Part shown: in pieces, positions 8,842 to 17,891 of the stretch
Position numbering within the stretch: the stretch's first letter is position 1
Layout: every line of letters starts with the position of its first letter
Assembly: GCA_963713075.1 (NCBI GenBank)
Contig: CAVQKO010000004.1
Span: forward strand, 943 to 64,942
Length of the DNA stretch: 64,000 bases
Direction: 5' to 3'
Source of the DNA: an uncultured Chloroflexia bacterium
Lineage (GTDB): Bacteria > Chloroflexota > Limnocylindria > Limnocylindrales > CSP1-4
The notes under the pieces: generated by a model
The model's input: only the letters and a program-made list of their open reading frames with translations
The model's database searches: none
Told to the model about the DNA's origin: nothing
Position numbers and translations under genes: made by a program

Positions 8842-10233
8842 TCAGCCCTCCGCGAACGCCACGCGCCCGCCCGCGAGCACGAGGCGGACGACGCCCGGCA
8901 GTTCGCGGCCGAGCAGCGGGCTGTTCTTGCCCTTGGAGGCGAGCGATCCCGGCGTCACCGTCCAGCGGGAGCCCGCGTCCACGACCACAAGGTCGGCCAG
9001 CGCCCCCTCGCGCAGGCCCGGTGCGAGTCCCGCGGGCGCACCGAGGACCGCGGCGGGCCCCGCCGTCAGCAGCGCGACGGCCCTGGCCAGCGGGAGTTCG
9101 CCAGCCGCGACGGCGGCGAGCACGACCGAGAGCGCGGTCTCGATGCCGCTGATGCCGTTGGCGGCCCAGCCGAACTCGACGTGCTTGTCCACCTCGGTGT
9201 GCGGCGCGTGGTCGGTCGCGATGGCGTCGGCCGTGCCGTCGCGGAGTGCCGAGCGGCAGGCAGCGGCGTCCTCGGCGGAGCGGAGCGGGGGGTTGACCCG
9301 AAGCGCGGTGTCGAACCGCCGCGCCCCGAGCGCGTCGCCGGCCCAGGGGTCCCGGGCGCGCCCGTCCGTGTCGAGCGCCTCCCACGCCCAGCGGCGCGCC
9401 CCGGCGATCCACTCGTCGGTGAGCGCGAGGTGGTGGGGCGTGACGTCGCAGGTCACCGGCAGCCCGGCCGCCTTCGCCGCGCGGACGTGCGCGAGCGACG
9501 CCGCGGTGGACACGTGCGTGAGGTGCAGCCGCGCCCCGGGCACGTCCCGGACGACGTCCGCGAGGATCGCGATCGAGCGCGCCACCGACCCGGCCTCGGC
9601 CGCCGTGGGCCAGCCCTTCAGGCCCAGCACCGTCGCGACGTACCCCTCCGACGCCTCCGCGCCGGCCGTGAGCGTCGGGTCCTCGGGGTGGTCGATGATC
9701 GGCCGGCCCAGCGCCCCGGCGTAGGCGAGGGCGTTGCGCAGCAGCGGCCCCGACGACACCGACGCCCCGTCGTCGGAGAACCCGACGACGCCCGCGTCGG
9801 CCAGCTCGCCCATCGCCGACAGCGTCTCGCCGTGGCGCCCGGCCGTGACCGCGCCGTGGGCGAGCACACGGACCGGCGAGCCGGTCGCGCCCGCTGCGGC
9901 GCGGATCCGTGCCAGGACCGAGGGCTCGTCGAGCGCGGGCGTCGTGTTGGGCATCAGGGCGACCGCGGTGAACCCGCCGTGGGCTGCCGCCGCGAGGCCC
10001 GTGGCCATGGTCTCGGCGTCCTCGTTGCCGGGCTCGCGGAAGTGGGCGTGCATGTCCACGAGGCCCGGCAGGAGCAGCGTGCCCGACGGGCCGAGCCCGT
10101 CCGAGGCCGAGCCCTCCAGCCACGTCAGCCGTTCCAGCACCCCGTCGCGGACGACCGCCTCGGCGGCCCCTTCGCGTCCGGCCGCCGGGTCGACCGCCCA
10201 GCCGCGGATCGTCGTGTCGGGCCCGCCGCTCAT
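8842..10233 (-). CDS. pyrC: Dihydroorotase
   Basis: Metal-binding motifs PGLVDMHAHFREPG and DHAPH, and the overall amidohydrolase pattern. The start overlaps the pyrB stop (ATGA). Confidence 0.9.
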   Translation of the reverse strand: MSGGPDTTIRGWAVDPAAGREGAAEAVVRDGVLERLTWLEGSASDGLGPSGTLLLPGLVDMHAHFREPGNEDAETMATGLAAAAHGGFTAVALMPNTTPALDEPSVLARIRAAAGATGSPVRVLAHGAVTAGRHGETLSAMGELADAGVVGFSDDGASVSSGPLLRNALAYAGALGRPIIDHPEDPTLTAGAEASEGYVATVLGLKGWPTAAEAGSVARSIAILADVVRDVPGARLHLTHVSTAASLAHVRAAKAAGLPVTCDVTPHHLALTDEWIAGARRWAWEALDTDGRARDPWAGDALGARRFDTALRVNPPLRSAEDAAACRSALRDGTADAIATDHAPHTEVDKHVEFGWAANGISGIETALSVVLAAVAAGELPLARAVALLTAGPAAVLGAPAGLAPGLREGALADLVVVDAGSRWTVTPGSLASKGKNSPLLGRELPGVVRLVLAGGRVAFAEG

Positions 10234-11240
10234 GCCCCCGCCTCCGGCCGACGCGCCCCGGCCAGCAGGTACAGCAGCGCCATCCGGACCGCGACCCCGT
10301 TGGCCACCTGCTCAGTGACCACCGACCGCGGGTCCACGGCAACGTCCGCCGCGATCTCGACGCCCTCGTTCATCGGCCCCGGGTGCATCACCAGCGCATC
10401 CGGCTTCGCGGCCCGCAGCCGCTCCTGCGTGAGCCCGTAGCGCGCCGCGTACTCGCGCAGCGAGGGGAGCAGTCCCGACGCCATGCGCTCCTTCTGGATC
10501 CGCAGGGCCATCACGACGTCGGCGTCGCGCAGCGCCGCGTCCACGTCGGAGGTGACGGTGAAGCGCCGCCCGGCCGCGCCCCGCGCCGCCCACGCGTCGT
10601 AGCCGCGCAGGAGCGTCGCCGGCCCGCACAGCCACAGGTCGGCGCCCATCGCGGTGAGCGTCCAGACGTTCGAGCGCGCCACCCGCGAGTGGAGCACATC
10701 ACCGAGGATCACCACCTTGCGGCCCTCGAGCGAGCCGCCCGGCAGCCGCGAGCGCAGCGTGTAGAGGTCGAGCAGCGCCTGGCTCGGGTGCGCGTGCCAG
10801 CCGTCGCCGCCGTTGAGCACGCTGCCGCTGAAGGTCTCCGCGGCGAGGTACGGCGCGCCGGACACGCTGTGGCGCATCACGAGCATGTCCGCGCCGAGCG
10901 CCTCGACGGTCCGGACGGTGTCCACGAGCGACTCGCCCTTCGACACCGAGGACGACGCGGCCGCGATGTTGACGACGTCGGCCGAGAGGTTCTTGGCGGC
11001 CACCTCGAACGAGACGCGCGTCCGCGTCGACGCCTCGTAGAACAGGATGGTCACGCCCAGCCCGCGCAGGGCCGGCACCTTGGGGATGGGCCGAGCCAGC
11101 ACGTCATGCATCTCGTCCGCGGTGCGCATGACGAGCTCGATCTCCGGGCGCGTCAGCCCGTCCACGTCGAGCAGGTGGCGGTGCGCCCAGTGGACGGGGG
11201 CCTCGATCGCCGCCGGAGGTCGATCCGGCCCCGCCGTCAT
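10230..11240 (-). CDS. pyrB: Aspartate carbamoyltransferase catalytic subunit
   Basis: Motifs STRTR, HPGP ([12 protein letters not shown]) and HSRVARS. The start overlaps the pyrR stop. Confidence 0.9.
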   Translation of the reverse strand: MTAGPDRPPAAIEAPVHWAHRHLLDVDGLTRPEIELVMRTADEMHDVLARPIPKVPALRGLGVTILFYEASTRTRVSFEVAAKNLSADVVNIAAASSSVSKGESLVDTVRTVEALGADMLVMRHSVSGAPYLAAETFSGSVLNGGDGWHAHPSQALLDLYTLRSRLPGGSLEGRKVVILGDVLHSRVARSNVWTLTAMGADLWLCGPATLLRGYDAWAARGAAGRRFTVTSDVDAALRDADVVMALRIQKERMASGLLPSLREYAARYGLTQERLRAAKPDALVMHPGPMNEGVEIAADVAVDPRSVVTEQVANGVAVRMALLYLLAGARRPEAGA

Positions 11241-11803
11241 GCGGCCGTCCCGCCGACCGCCGCGAGCCCGGGGCGCCGCTCGATCTCCACCGCGTCCTCG
11301 CCGTCGGTCTCCTCGAGGGTCACCTTGACCACCTCCTCGCGCGAGGTGGGCACGTTCTTGCCCACGTGGTCGGCGCGGATGGGCAGCTCGCGGTGGCCGC
11401 GGTCGACGAGCACCGCAAGCCGGATCGCCTGCGGGCGGCCGTAGTCGATCAGGGCGTCCATCGCGGCGCGGATCGTGCGTCCCGTGTAGAGCACGTCATC
11501 CACGAGGACGATCGTGCGGCCGTTGAGGTCGAAGGCGATGTCGGTGCCCTTGACGATGGGCTGCTGCGCCACGAGCGAGAGGTCGTCGCGGTAGAACGTG
11601 ATGTCCAGGGCGCCGACCGGGATGTCGACGCCCTCGTTGTCGCGGATCGCCGCCGCCAGGCGCCGCGCGAGCGGGACGCCGCGCCGCTGGATGCCCACCA
11701 GCGCCAGCCCGTCCGTGCCGGCGTGCTTCTCGACGACCTCGTGGGAGATTCGGATGGTCGCCCGGCGGATGTCCTCCGCCGTCATGATCCGGCGGCCCGT
11801 CAT
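11237..11803 (-). CDS. pyrR: Bifunctional pyrimidine operon regulator / uracil phosphoribosyltransferase
   Basis: PRTase motif [22 protein letters not shown] and the PyrR-type N-terminus [23 protein letters not shown] at 11803 is chosen; ATG at 11785 is an alternative. Confidence 0.8.
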   Translation of the reverse strand: MTGRRIMTAEDIRRATIRISHEVVEKHAGTDGLALVGIQRRGVPLARRLAAAIRDNEGVDIPVGALDITFYRDDLSLVAQQPIVKGTDIAFDLNGRTIVLVDDVLYTGRTIRAAMDALIDYGRPQAIRLAVLVDRGHRELPIRADHVGKNVPTSREEVVKVTLEETDGEDAVEIERRPGLAAVGGTAA

Positions 11804-11845
11804 CGGGTCAACCCGTAGCGTCGCACGCGGCTCGCTCCTCCTTCC

Positions 11846-11880
11846 CGGCCTCACGGGGCCACCCGGCCTCACGGGACCGG
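11846..11880 (-). promoter_or_regulatory. Candidate PyrR-binding leader motif (two UCCCGUGAGG-like boxes) upstream of pyrR
   Basis: The minus-strand RNA reads GGUCCCGUGAGGCCGGGUGGCCCCGUGAGGCCGGGAAGGAGGAG. The UCCNGNGAGG core of PyrR binding loops occurs twice, directly before a strong GGAGGAG Shine-Dalgarno. Confidence 0.4.
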
Positions 11881-11997
11881 CGCGGAAATCGGGCCCAGTC
11901 TACCGCGACGGGCGGCGCGGGGCCGGGCCGGCAGGGGACCGCCGGCGGTCGGTGAGCGCCGACGTGGAGCCAGTGGCGAGCCGCCGGGAGCCGCCGG

Positions 11998-12549
11998 TCA
12001 GTAGACCGTGACCGTGACCCACGTGAGGCCCGTCCACGACGCGCAGCCGCAGACCGCGAAGAAGTCGGGCCGGTACATGTCCACGACGCGGTCGGCCTTC
12101 TGCGGCCCGTAGTCGGTCACGGTGCGCAGGACGCAGCCGGCGGCGCCGCAGATCCGCACGATGGTGCCGCGCGGGAGGCGCATCGCGGTGGTGCCGTTGT
12201 CGTAGAACGAGGCCCAGCCCGTCAGCTTGTACCGGCCTGGCTTCCAGGCCATGCCGGCGCTGACCGAGGGCTCGATCACGGTCGGGCGGGTGCTCGGGTC
12301 GGCCGGGGCGGACCCGCGCTCGACCAGCTTCGTCGTGTCGCCCAGGTAGCCGTCGCCGCGGAGCGCAGCATCGAGCGGCGCCGCCGGCGAGGCTGCCGGG
12401 GCGCCGGGCGATATCGGCACCATGAACGCGGCTGCTGCCTGGAGATCCCCGACCGGCGAGGGGGCGGATGTGCCGGCGGGGCCCGGCAGGCCGATCAGTG
12501 CGGCAGCGGCGATGAGCGCCGCGACCGCGACGACCGCTCTGCGTCGCAT
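11998..12549 (-). CDS. RlpA-like double-psi beta-barrel lipoprotein/secreted protein
   Basis: Signal peptide MRRRAVVAVAALIAAAALIG, then a DPBB core (GWASFYDNGTTAMRLP..., VRICGAAGCVLRTVTDYGP). Confidence 0.7.
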   Translation of the reverse strand: MRRRAVVAVAALIAAAALIGLPGPAGTSAPSPVGDLQAAAAFMVPISPGAPAASPAAPLDAALRGDGYLGDTTKLVERGSAPADPSTRPTVIEPSVSAGMAWKPGRYKLTGWASFYDNGTTAMRLPRGTIVRICGAAGCVLRTVTDYGPQKADRVVDMYRPDFFAVCGCASWTGLTWVTVTVY

Positions 12550-12667
12550 CAGGGTGGCGAATCTACCGCATCGGGCCCGGTCGCGGAAGTGAGGAACGTC
12601 AGGCGGACCTGGTCGGAGGGGCCCTCAGCAGCCTCGCTGTCGAGCCGTCACGGCCGCGGCGTGCACG

Positions 12668-14545
12668 TCACGGGATGACGGTGCTGCTCCCGTCCGCGTG
12701 CACCTGGAAGCGGCCGATCGCCTTGCCCGACCAGGCGAGGACCTGCACCACCTGGGGGCTTCCCTGCGACGGCGTGGTCCACGCCAGGCGCCCGGTCCGC
12801 AGCGAGAAGTCGGGGTTGGCCGATGCCGCATCGAGGATCGGGTTCGCGAGGTCCACCGACGTCGCCGACGGCGCCACGGGGTAGAGGCTGAGCTGTCCGC
12901 CGCGGCCGCTCCCCTGGCCGTCGGTCCAGACCGCGAGCGCGTTCCCGTTATCGGACCAGCGTGCGCGCCAGCCGTCGAGCGGGCCCTTCGCGAGCAGCTG
13001 CGTCGCGGCGCCCGTCCTATCGGGCCAGGCGCCGAGGACGAGCTTGCCGCTGGCGGGCACCCAGGTGACACCGTCCGCGGCGAGCTTCACCGAGCCGGAC
13101 CACCAGGCGGCGGTGCTGCCGTCGGGCGACACCACGGGCAGCCACGTCCCGGCGGCGCCCACCGGAGTGGCGCCCCCGCTGACCGGGTCGAGCAGGTAGG
13201 TGGCCGGGCTGCCGTCGGCGACCCGGCTGACGAGGATGCCCTGGGCGGTCCAGCCGGCGAGCCAGGTGTCGTGGTCGGAGGTGATGGCCTGGGCGCGCTT
13301 GTCGCCGACGGCCCAGACGTAGATGTCAGGCCCGGCGGAGCCGTCGGACGGCATCGCGGCGAAGGCGAGGTGCGCGCCGTCGGGCGCGTAGAGCGGCACG
13401 CCCACCACCGTCACGCCGCTGGCGATCTTGATTGCCGCGTCCGGCGCCGGCGTCACCTCGATCGACGGCAGCGGCGTCGGCGTCGGCGGCGCCTCAGTGG
13501 CGGCCTGCGGGGGCTCCGAGGCCGACGTGGGCTCCGGCGACGCCTCGTCCGAGGGCGGCGCGCTGGGCGACGAGGCCGCGGCGCTGGGCGACACCTGGTC
13601 GGACGGGGATCCTGACGGCTCGACCGACACCACATCCGTGTCGGACGGCGAGGGCGACGCTGACAGCGTGCTCGAGGCGGGCCCCCCGCTCTCCGTCGGC
13701 GGGGCCGACGCGGCGGTCGGTGACGCATCCGGGTCCGAGGGCGATGCGCTGGCGCTCGGCGGCGTGGTGGAGGTGGCGGGGCTCGTCGCGGCCGGGGCGG
13801 TCGTGGCCGGCGCCGAGATGGCTGGCGGCGTGCTGGCGGGGGGCGCCGCAGGGATCGCCGCGCCCTTGACCGGGATCACGTAGACGCCCTCGCCGCCCAC
13901 GTCGCGGGTGACGACGACCATCTGCCCACCCGTGGGCGACAGCGCGCCCTGCAGGTCGGCGGCTGACCCGACACCGGTCACCGCGGTGACGGCGAACGTG
14001 GGCTGGACGCCGCACGACGACGCCCCGACCGGGCAGACCTGCGCGACCGGCTGGCGGATGATCTGGAGGTTGCCATCGCTGTCGCGGGTGATGACCTGGA
14101 TGTCGGCAGCTGCTGTCACGGCGATGGGCGTGGGCCCCGGAGCGCTGCCGGGGAGCAGGGCCCCGCCGTTGAGGAGGCCGACCCCGACGACCATGACCAC
14201 CGCGACCACCGCGACGATCGGCGCGAGCGGCAGGCGGCCCGGCTCGCGTGGCGTCCCCAGGAGGCGTCGCCAGCCGCCCTGCGACGCCGCCCGGCCGCGC
14301 TCGGCCTCGATGGCGGACGACGTGCGGGCCCACAGGTCGCGTGGTGCTGCGGGCGCGAACGCGCGCAGGTCGGCGAACAGGTCGTGCTGCGCGTCGTACT
14401 CGGCGGCGACCGCGGCACACGCGTCGCAGTATTCGAGGTGGTCAGCGAGCCATGCCGCGTCATCGGGGGCGAGCCGCTCGTCGGCGCGGAGGGCGGCGAG
14501 GTTGCGGGCACGCTCGTGGCCGCGACCCGTGGGGCCCGCGCTCAC
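12668..14545 (-). CDS. Anti-sigma factor with zinc-finger N-terminus, TM helix, Pro/Ser/Thr-rich linker and TolB/PD40-like beta-propeller sensor domain
   Basis: GTG at 14545 overlaps the sigma gene stop (GTGA). HLEYCDACA zinc-finger anti-sigma motif, TM helix IVAVVAVVMVVGVGLL, a long PT-rich linker, and repeated SPDG/APDG propeller-like blades. Confidence 0.75.
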   Translation of the reverse strand: MSAGPTGRGHERARNLAALRADERLAPDDAAWLADHLEYCDACAAVAAEYDAQHDLFADLRAFAPAAPRDLWARTSSAIEAERGRAASQGGWRRLLGTPREPGRLPLAPIVAVVAVVMVVGVGLLNGGALLPGSAPGPTPIAVTAAADIQVITRDSDGNLQIIRQPVAQVCPVGASSCGVQPTFAVTAVTGVGSAADLQGALSPTGGQMVVVTRDVGGEGVYVIPVKGAAIPAAPPASTPPAISAPATTAPAATSPATSTTPPSASASPSDPDASPTAASAPPTESGGPASSTLSASPSPSDTDVVSVEPSGSPSDQVSPSAAASSPSAPPSDEASPEPTSASEPPQAATEAPPTPTPLPSIEVTPAPDAAIKIASGVTVVGVPLYAPDGAHLAFAAMPSDGSAGPDIYVWAVGDKRAQAITSDHDTWLAGWTAQGILVSRVADGSPATYLLDPVSGGATPVGAAGTWLPVVSPDGSTAAWWSGSVKLAADGVTWVPASGKLVLGAWPDRTGAATQLLAKGPLDGWRARWSDNGNALAVWTDGQGSGRGGQLSLYPVAPSATSVDLANPILDAASANPDFSLRTGRLAWTTPSQGSPQVVQVLAWSGKAIGRFQVHADGSSTVIP

Positions 14546-15114
14546 GAGTGGCGCTTCCGAGCAGCGTCGAGCTCGGCCTCGTGCTGGGCGTCTGCGGTCT
14601 TCTCGGCGGCGAGCGCCTGGCGCAGGCTCTCGCGCGCCCTCGTGAGCAGCGCGCGGGCGGCCACGTGCGAGACGCCCAGGGTGGCCGCCAGCTCAAGGCC
14701 GGTCATGTCGTGGAGCTCAGCGAGCAGCAGGGCCTGCCGCTGGCGCTCGGGGATCTTCTCCAGCGCGCGCTGGAGGTCGCCGGACAGCCGGGCCTCCATC
14801 ACGAGGTGCTCTGCCGATGGGGCCGTGGTCCGGGCCTCGCCGACCAGCGGCACGAAGCGCACGATGCGGCGCCGCCTGAGGTCGTCGAGCGCCACGCGGT
14901 GGGCGATCTGGTAGAGCCACGCCCGCGCATTCTCGGGCTTCTGCAGCGCGTCGTACGCCTTGTACGCCTTCACGAAGGCGTCCTGGGTGAGGTCCGCGGC
15001 AAGCTCACCGTCGCGGAGCATGCGCAGCAGATAGGCGTAGATCTCGTTCTGGTGCTTCGCGAACAGCTCCTCGACGAAGCGGTAGGCCTCGTCGTGGTCC
15101 CACGAGGCGCTCAT
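14542..15114 (-). CDS. ECF sigma factor (SigE-like)
   Basis: ATG at 15114. Region 2 (DLTQDAFVKAYKAYDALQKPENARAWLYQIAHRVALDDLRRR) and region 4 (LLLAELHDMTGLELAATLGVSHVAARALLTRARESL). Confidence 0.85.
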   Translation of the reverse strand: MSASWDHDEAYRFVEELFAKHQNEIYAYLLRMLRDGELAADLTQDAFVKAYKAYDALQKPENARAWLYQIAHRVALDDLRRRRIVRFVPLVGEARTTAPSAEHLVMEARLSGDLQRALEKIPERQRQALLLAELHDMTGLELAATLGVSHVAARALLTRARESLRQALAAEKTADAQHEAELDAARKRHS

Positions 15115-15271
15115 CGTGCGCCCGCCCGGGAAGACGCGTTCGAGTTGGACCGGTTCGACGACCACGCTCGCTCCATCGGGTGCGGTCGACTGGGCACGAC
15201 CGCGGTTCGCCCTCCCCGGTGGCCTGTGACGGAGTCTCCCCCCGGCGTGTGACGCCCGCCCCGTCTGGTGC

Positions 15272-16276
15272 TCATCGCCGCGGGTGCTCCGGCGGCCTGT
15301 CGTCCGCCAGACCCGAGCGCAGCTCCTCCACCGCGTCCTCCGGCGAAACGGAGTTGACCGGCAGCCCGGTACCGAGCTCGAGGCCAGCGATCTCGCGCAG
15401 GCGGGGGTGGATCTCCCAGTGCCAGTGGTAGGTGGCGTCCACCTGCTCGCGCAGAGGGGCGCTGTGGAGGACCAGGTTGTAGGGCGGCCCGTCGAGGCTC
15501 GCCGCGAGCTTGCCCAGGACCTGCCGCAGCGCCTCCGCGGTGGCGATGATGTCGCGATTGTCCGCACGCGCGAAGTCGGCGTCGTGGCGGCGCGGCACCA
15601 CCCACACCTCGAAGGGCGAGCGGCTGGCGTACGGCGCGAAGGCGACCGCGTGGTCGTCCGCGTAGAGCAGGCGTCCCGGGCGGCGCACCTCGTCGCGGAC
15701 GAGTCGGCAGTAGGGGCACTCCCCCTCCCGGATCATGAAGCGGGCGGCGCCGCCCAGCTCCTCCCCGACGCGGTGCGGGATCTGCGGGATGTCGTACAGG
15801 TCGAAGCACAGGTGGTTGGTCCGCGCCCCTGCCTGGGCACCCCAGTTCTGGAGGACCTGGAGGTACTGCGTGGCGCCGGCCGAGCGGGCGGCGACGATCT
15901 CGTCGCGGCATCGGGCGAGGAGCGCCTCGATCGTCTGGTTGCCCACGGCGTGGAGCGGGCGGTGCTCGCCGGGAGGCGCCACGACCGTGCGCCACGAGCC
16001 CGCGGCCCGCGCGTCCACGAGCGACACCTGGGTGATCGTCCCCTCCCTCGCCCGTGTCTCCTCCTCGGTGCCCGCAACCGTGAAAGCGAAGTCCTTGAGC
16101 ACGCGGAGGCGGATCCCGTCGCCCGTGGGGATCCGGCAGTTGAAGCAGTCGCCGCGGTCGTCGACCGGCGCGGCGGCCTGGGCGAACCGCTCCCGGGCGA
16201 ACGTGCGGTCGACCACGGTGGCGACCCACCAGCCGGTGATCGCGTCCTTGCGCAGCTCGAACAGGCCCTGGCTCAT
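15272..16276 (-). CDS. Galactose-1-phosphate uridylyltransferase family protein (HIT superfamily)
   Basis: Zinc-site CFNCRIP, His motif TYHWHWEIHPR, and the CPYC element. ATG at 16276 overlaps the lipB TGA stop (ATGA). Confidence 0.8.
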   Translation of the reverse strand: MSQGLFELRKDAITGWWVATVVDRTFARERFAQAAAPVDDRGDCFNCRIPTGDGIRLRVLKDFAFTVAGTEEETRAREGTITQVSLVDARAAGSWRTVVAPPGEHRPLHAVGNQTIEALLARCRDEIVAARSAGATQYLQVLQNWGAQAGARTNHLCFDLYDIPQIPHRVGEELGGAARFMIREGECPYCRLVRDEVRRPGRLLYADDHAVAFAPYASRSPFEVWVVPRRHDADFARADNRDIIATAEALRQVLGKLAASLDGPPYNLVLHSAPLREQVDATYHWHWEIHPRLREIAGLELGTGLPVNSVSPEDAVEELRSGLADDRPPEHPRR

Positions 16277-17034
16277 GAGGCGCCCCTAGCCGCGTCGGCG
16301 CGCGCGGTAGCGGCCGAGGCGGGAATGGGCAGCTCGTCACGCGGGTCGACCGACGACCAGCTGAGCACGGCGGCAAGGCGCTCGGCCAGCGCGGGCGCGA
16401 AGACGCGGGCCGCAGCCTCGACGCTCGCGGTGGTTGGCGGCTCGGCACGTCGGCCCAGCTCGGCCGCGATCGAGGTGGACCGCAGGCCCGGCATCCCGCA
16501 CGGGTCGATGAGGCCGAAGTCGGCCAGGCTGGTGCTCACGTTGAGCGCGATGCCGTGGTACGTGACGCCGCGCTCGACGCGGACGCCCAGCGCGCCGATC
16601 TTGCGCACCAGGGGCCCGTCGACGTCCACCCAGCAGCCGGGATGGCCCTCCCGCCGCCCCGCCGCCACGCCATCCGCGGCGCAGGTGTCCGACATGGCGC
16701 CCTCGAGCGCGCGCACGTACTCGCGCAGGTACAGCTCGCGGTCGGCGAGCTTCACGATCGGGTACGCGACCAGCTGCCCCGGCCCGTGGTAGGTCACCTC
16801 GCCGCCCCGCTCGACGCGGATCACCTCGATGCCGCGGGCGGCGAGCATGGGCTCCGGCGCCAGCACATGGGCGCCGTCGGCCTGGCGGCCGAGGGTGAGG
16901 ACCGGCCGGTGCTCCAGGAGCAGCAGGCGGTCGCCGATGCGGCCCTGGGCGCGAGCCGCGGCCAGCGCCTTCTGCAGGTCCCACGCCTCGCGGTACGGGA
17001 CCCTCCCCAACCAGTGCGCGACGAGCTCCTCCAT
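16273..17034 (-). CDS. lipB: Lipoyl(octanoyl) transferase
   Basis: LipB pattern with RGGEVTYHGPGQLVAYPI and KIGALGVRVERGVTYHGIALNV. Confidence 0.9.
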   Translation of the reverse strand: MEELVAHWLGRVPYREAWDLQKALAAARAQGRIGDRLLLLEHRPVLTLGRQADGAHVLAPEPMLAARGIEVIRVERGGEVTYHGPGQLVAYPIVKLADRELYLREYVRALEGAMSDTCAADGVAAGRREGHPGCWVDVDGPLVRKIGALGVRVERGVTYHGIALNVSTSLADFGLIDPCGMPGLRSTSIAAELGRRAEPPTTASVEAAARVFAPALAERLAAVLSWSSVDPRDELPIPASAATARADAARGAS

Positions 17035-17158
17035 CGACCCTCAACGATACCAGCGGCCACTTCTCGGGCCGTCAAACGGCAGCGCGGCGCATGCGCCGGA
17101 ACCTCGGCCACCGTGCTCGGCCGCTGCGGCCGGACGTCGTCGTCCGGCCGGTTCGCCG

Positions 17159-17737
17159 TCAGCCCGCGCTCTCCTCCGGCGCCGCCCCGGACCGCACGTA
17201 CAGGCAGCCGATCGCCGCCTTCGTCGTGTAGCCGCTCCCGTCGACGCCGAACAGCTTCTGGCCGGCGTGGCGGAGCGGCAGCCCGACCATCGAGACGAGG
17301 TGCCATCCGTCGGCCGAGCGGCGCGAGGCATCGTCGGCGATCGTGGCCAGCAGGTGACCGGGGTCCACCTCGGAGCCGTCGTCCGCGCCGCGGTAGAGGA
17401 CCAGGAGCTGGCCATCGCCGGCACGGAACTCCGGATACGCGGGAGTGGACGCCGCCGCACCGCGACGGCTCGCCACGGCCGCGGCGAGGGCCGCAGGGTC
17501 GGCGCCGGACTGCGGCTCCAGCCAGACCGTGCCATGGCCGGTGCCGATGACGGTCTGGCCGTTGCTGGCGGTGGCAACCGTCCCGACGGACCACGCGATC
17601 TCGTAGGAGGCGGCGCCATCGATCCAGAGCCGCAGCCCGTCGTCGGTGATCGCCAGCCGGGCGGTCGTCGCCCGCCGGATGGACGGGTCGGTCGACTGGA
17701 CTACCCGCCAGGAGCCGTCGACCCGCTGCTCGCCCAT
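17159..17737 (-). CDS. Hypothetical protein
   Basis: ATG at 17737 with a GGGGGGA SD-like upstream. 192-aa non-repetitive product MGEQRVDGSWRVVQSTDPSIRRATTARLAITDDGLRLWIDG... . The ORF region upstream of this ATG looks non-coding. Confidence 0.45.
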   Translation of the reverse strand: MGEQRVDGSWRVVQSTDPSIRRATTARLAITDDGLRLWIDGAASYEIAWSVGTVATASNGQTVIGTGHGTVWLEPQSGADPAALAAAVASRRGAAASTPAYPEFRAGDGQLLVLYRGADDGSEVDPGHLLATIADDASRRSADGWHLVSMVGLPLRHAGQKLFGVDGSGYTTKAAIGCLYVRSGAAPEESAG

Positions 17738-17891
17738 GCTTGTCCCCCCACCCGTGTCTTCGTCCTCTGGCTGCGGACGGTGGGCTGGGCCGGGCGGACC
17801 GTCGAGTGCCCTTCGGACCCTTCCGCGGCCGGTCGGGCCGCCGGGCGCGACGGACTGGCCCGGCGAGGCCCCACCGCGCCATCCTGCGGGC

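Noticed and set aside
11824-11826. GTG 8 nt after the GGAGGAG SD as the pyrR start codon
   Set aside because: It is not in frame with the PyrR ORF; it opens an 8-codon mini-ORF instead (reported as a finding).
11237-11872. Full-length 211-aa ORF as the pyrR CDS
   Set aside because: The upstream 23 codons overlap the PyrR-box leader and SD and encode an [15 protein letters not shown] low-complexity string. PyrR homologs begin near MTAEDIRR.
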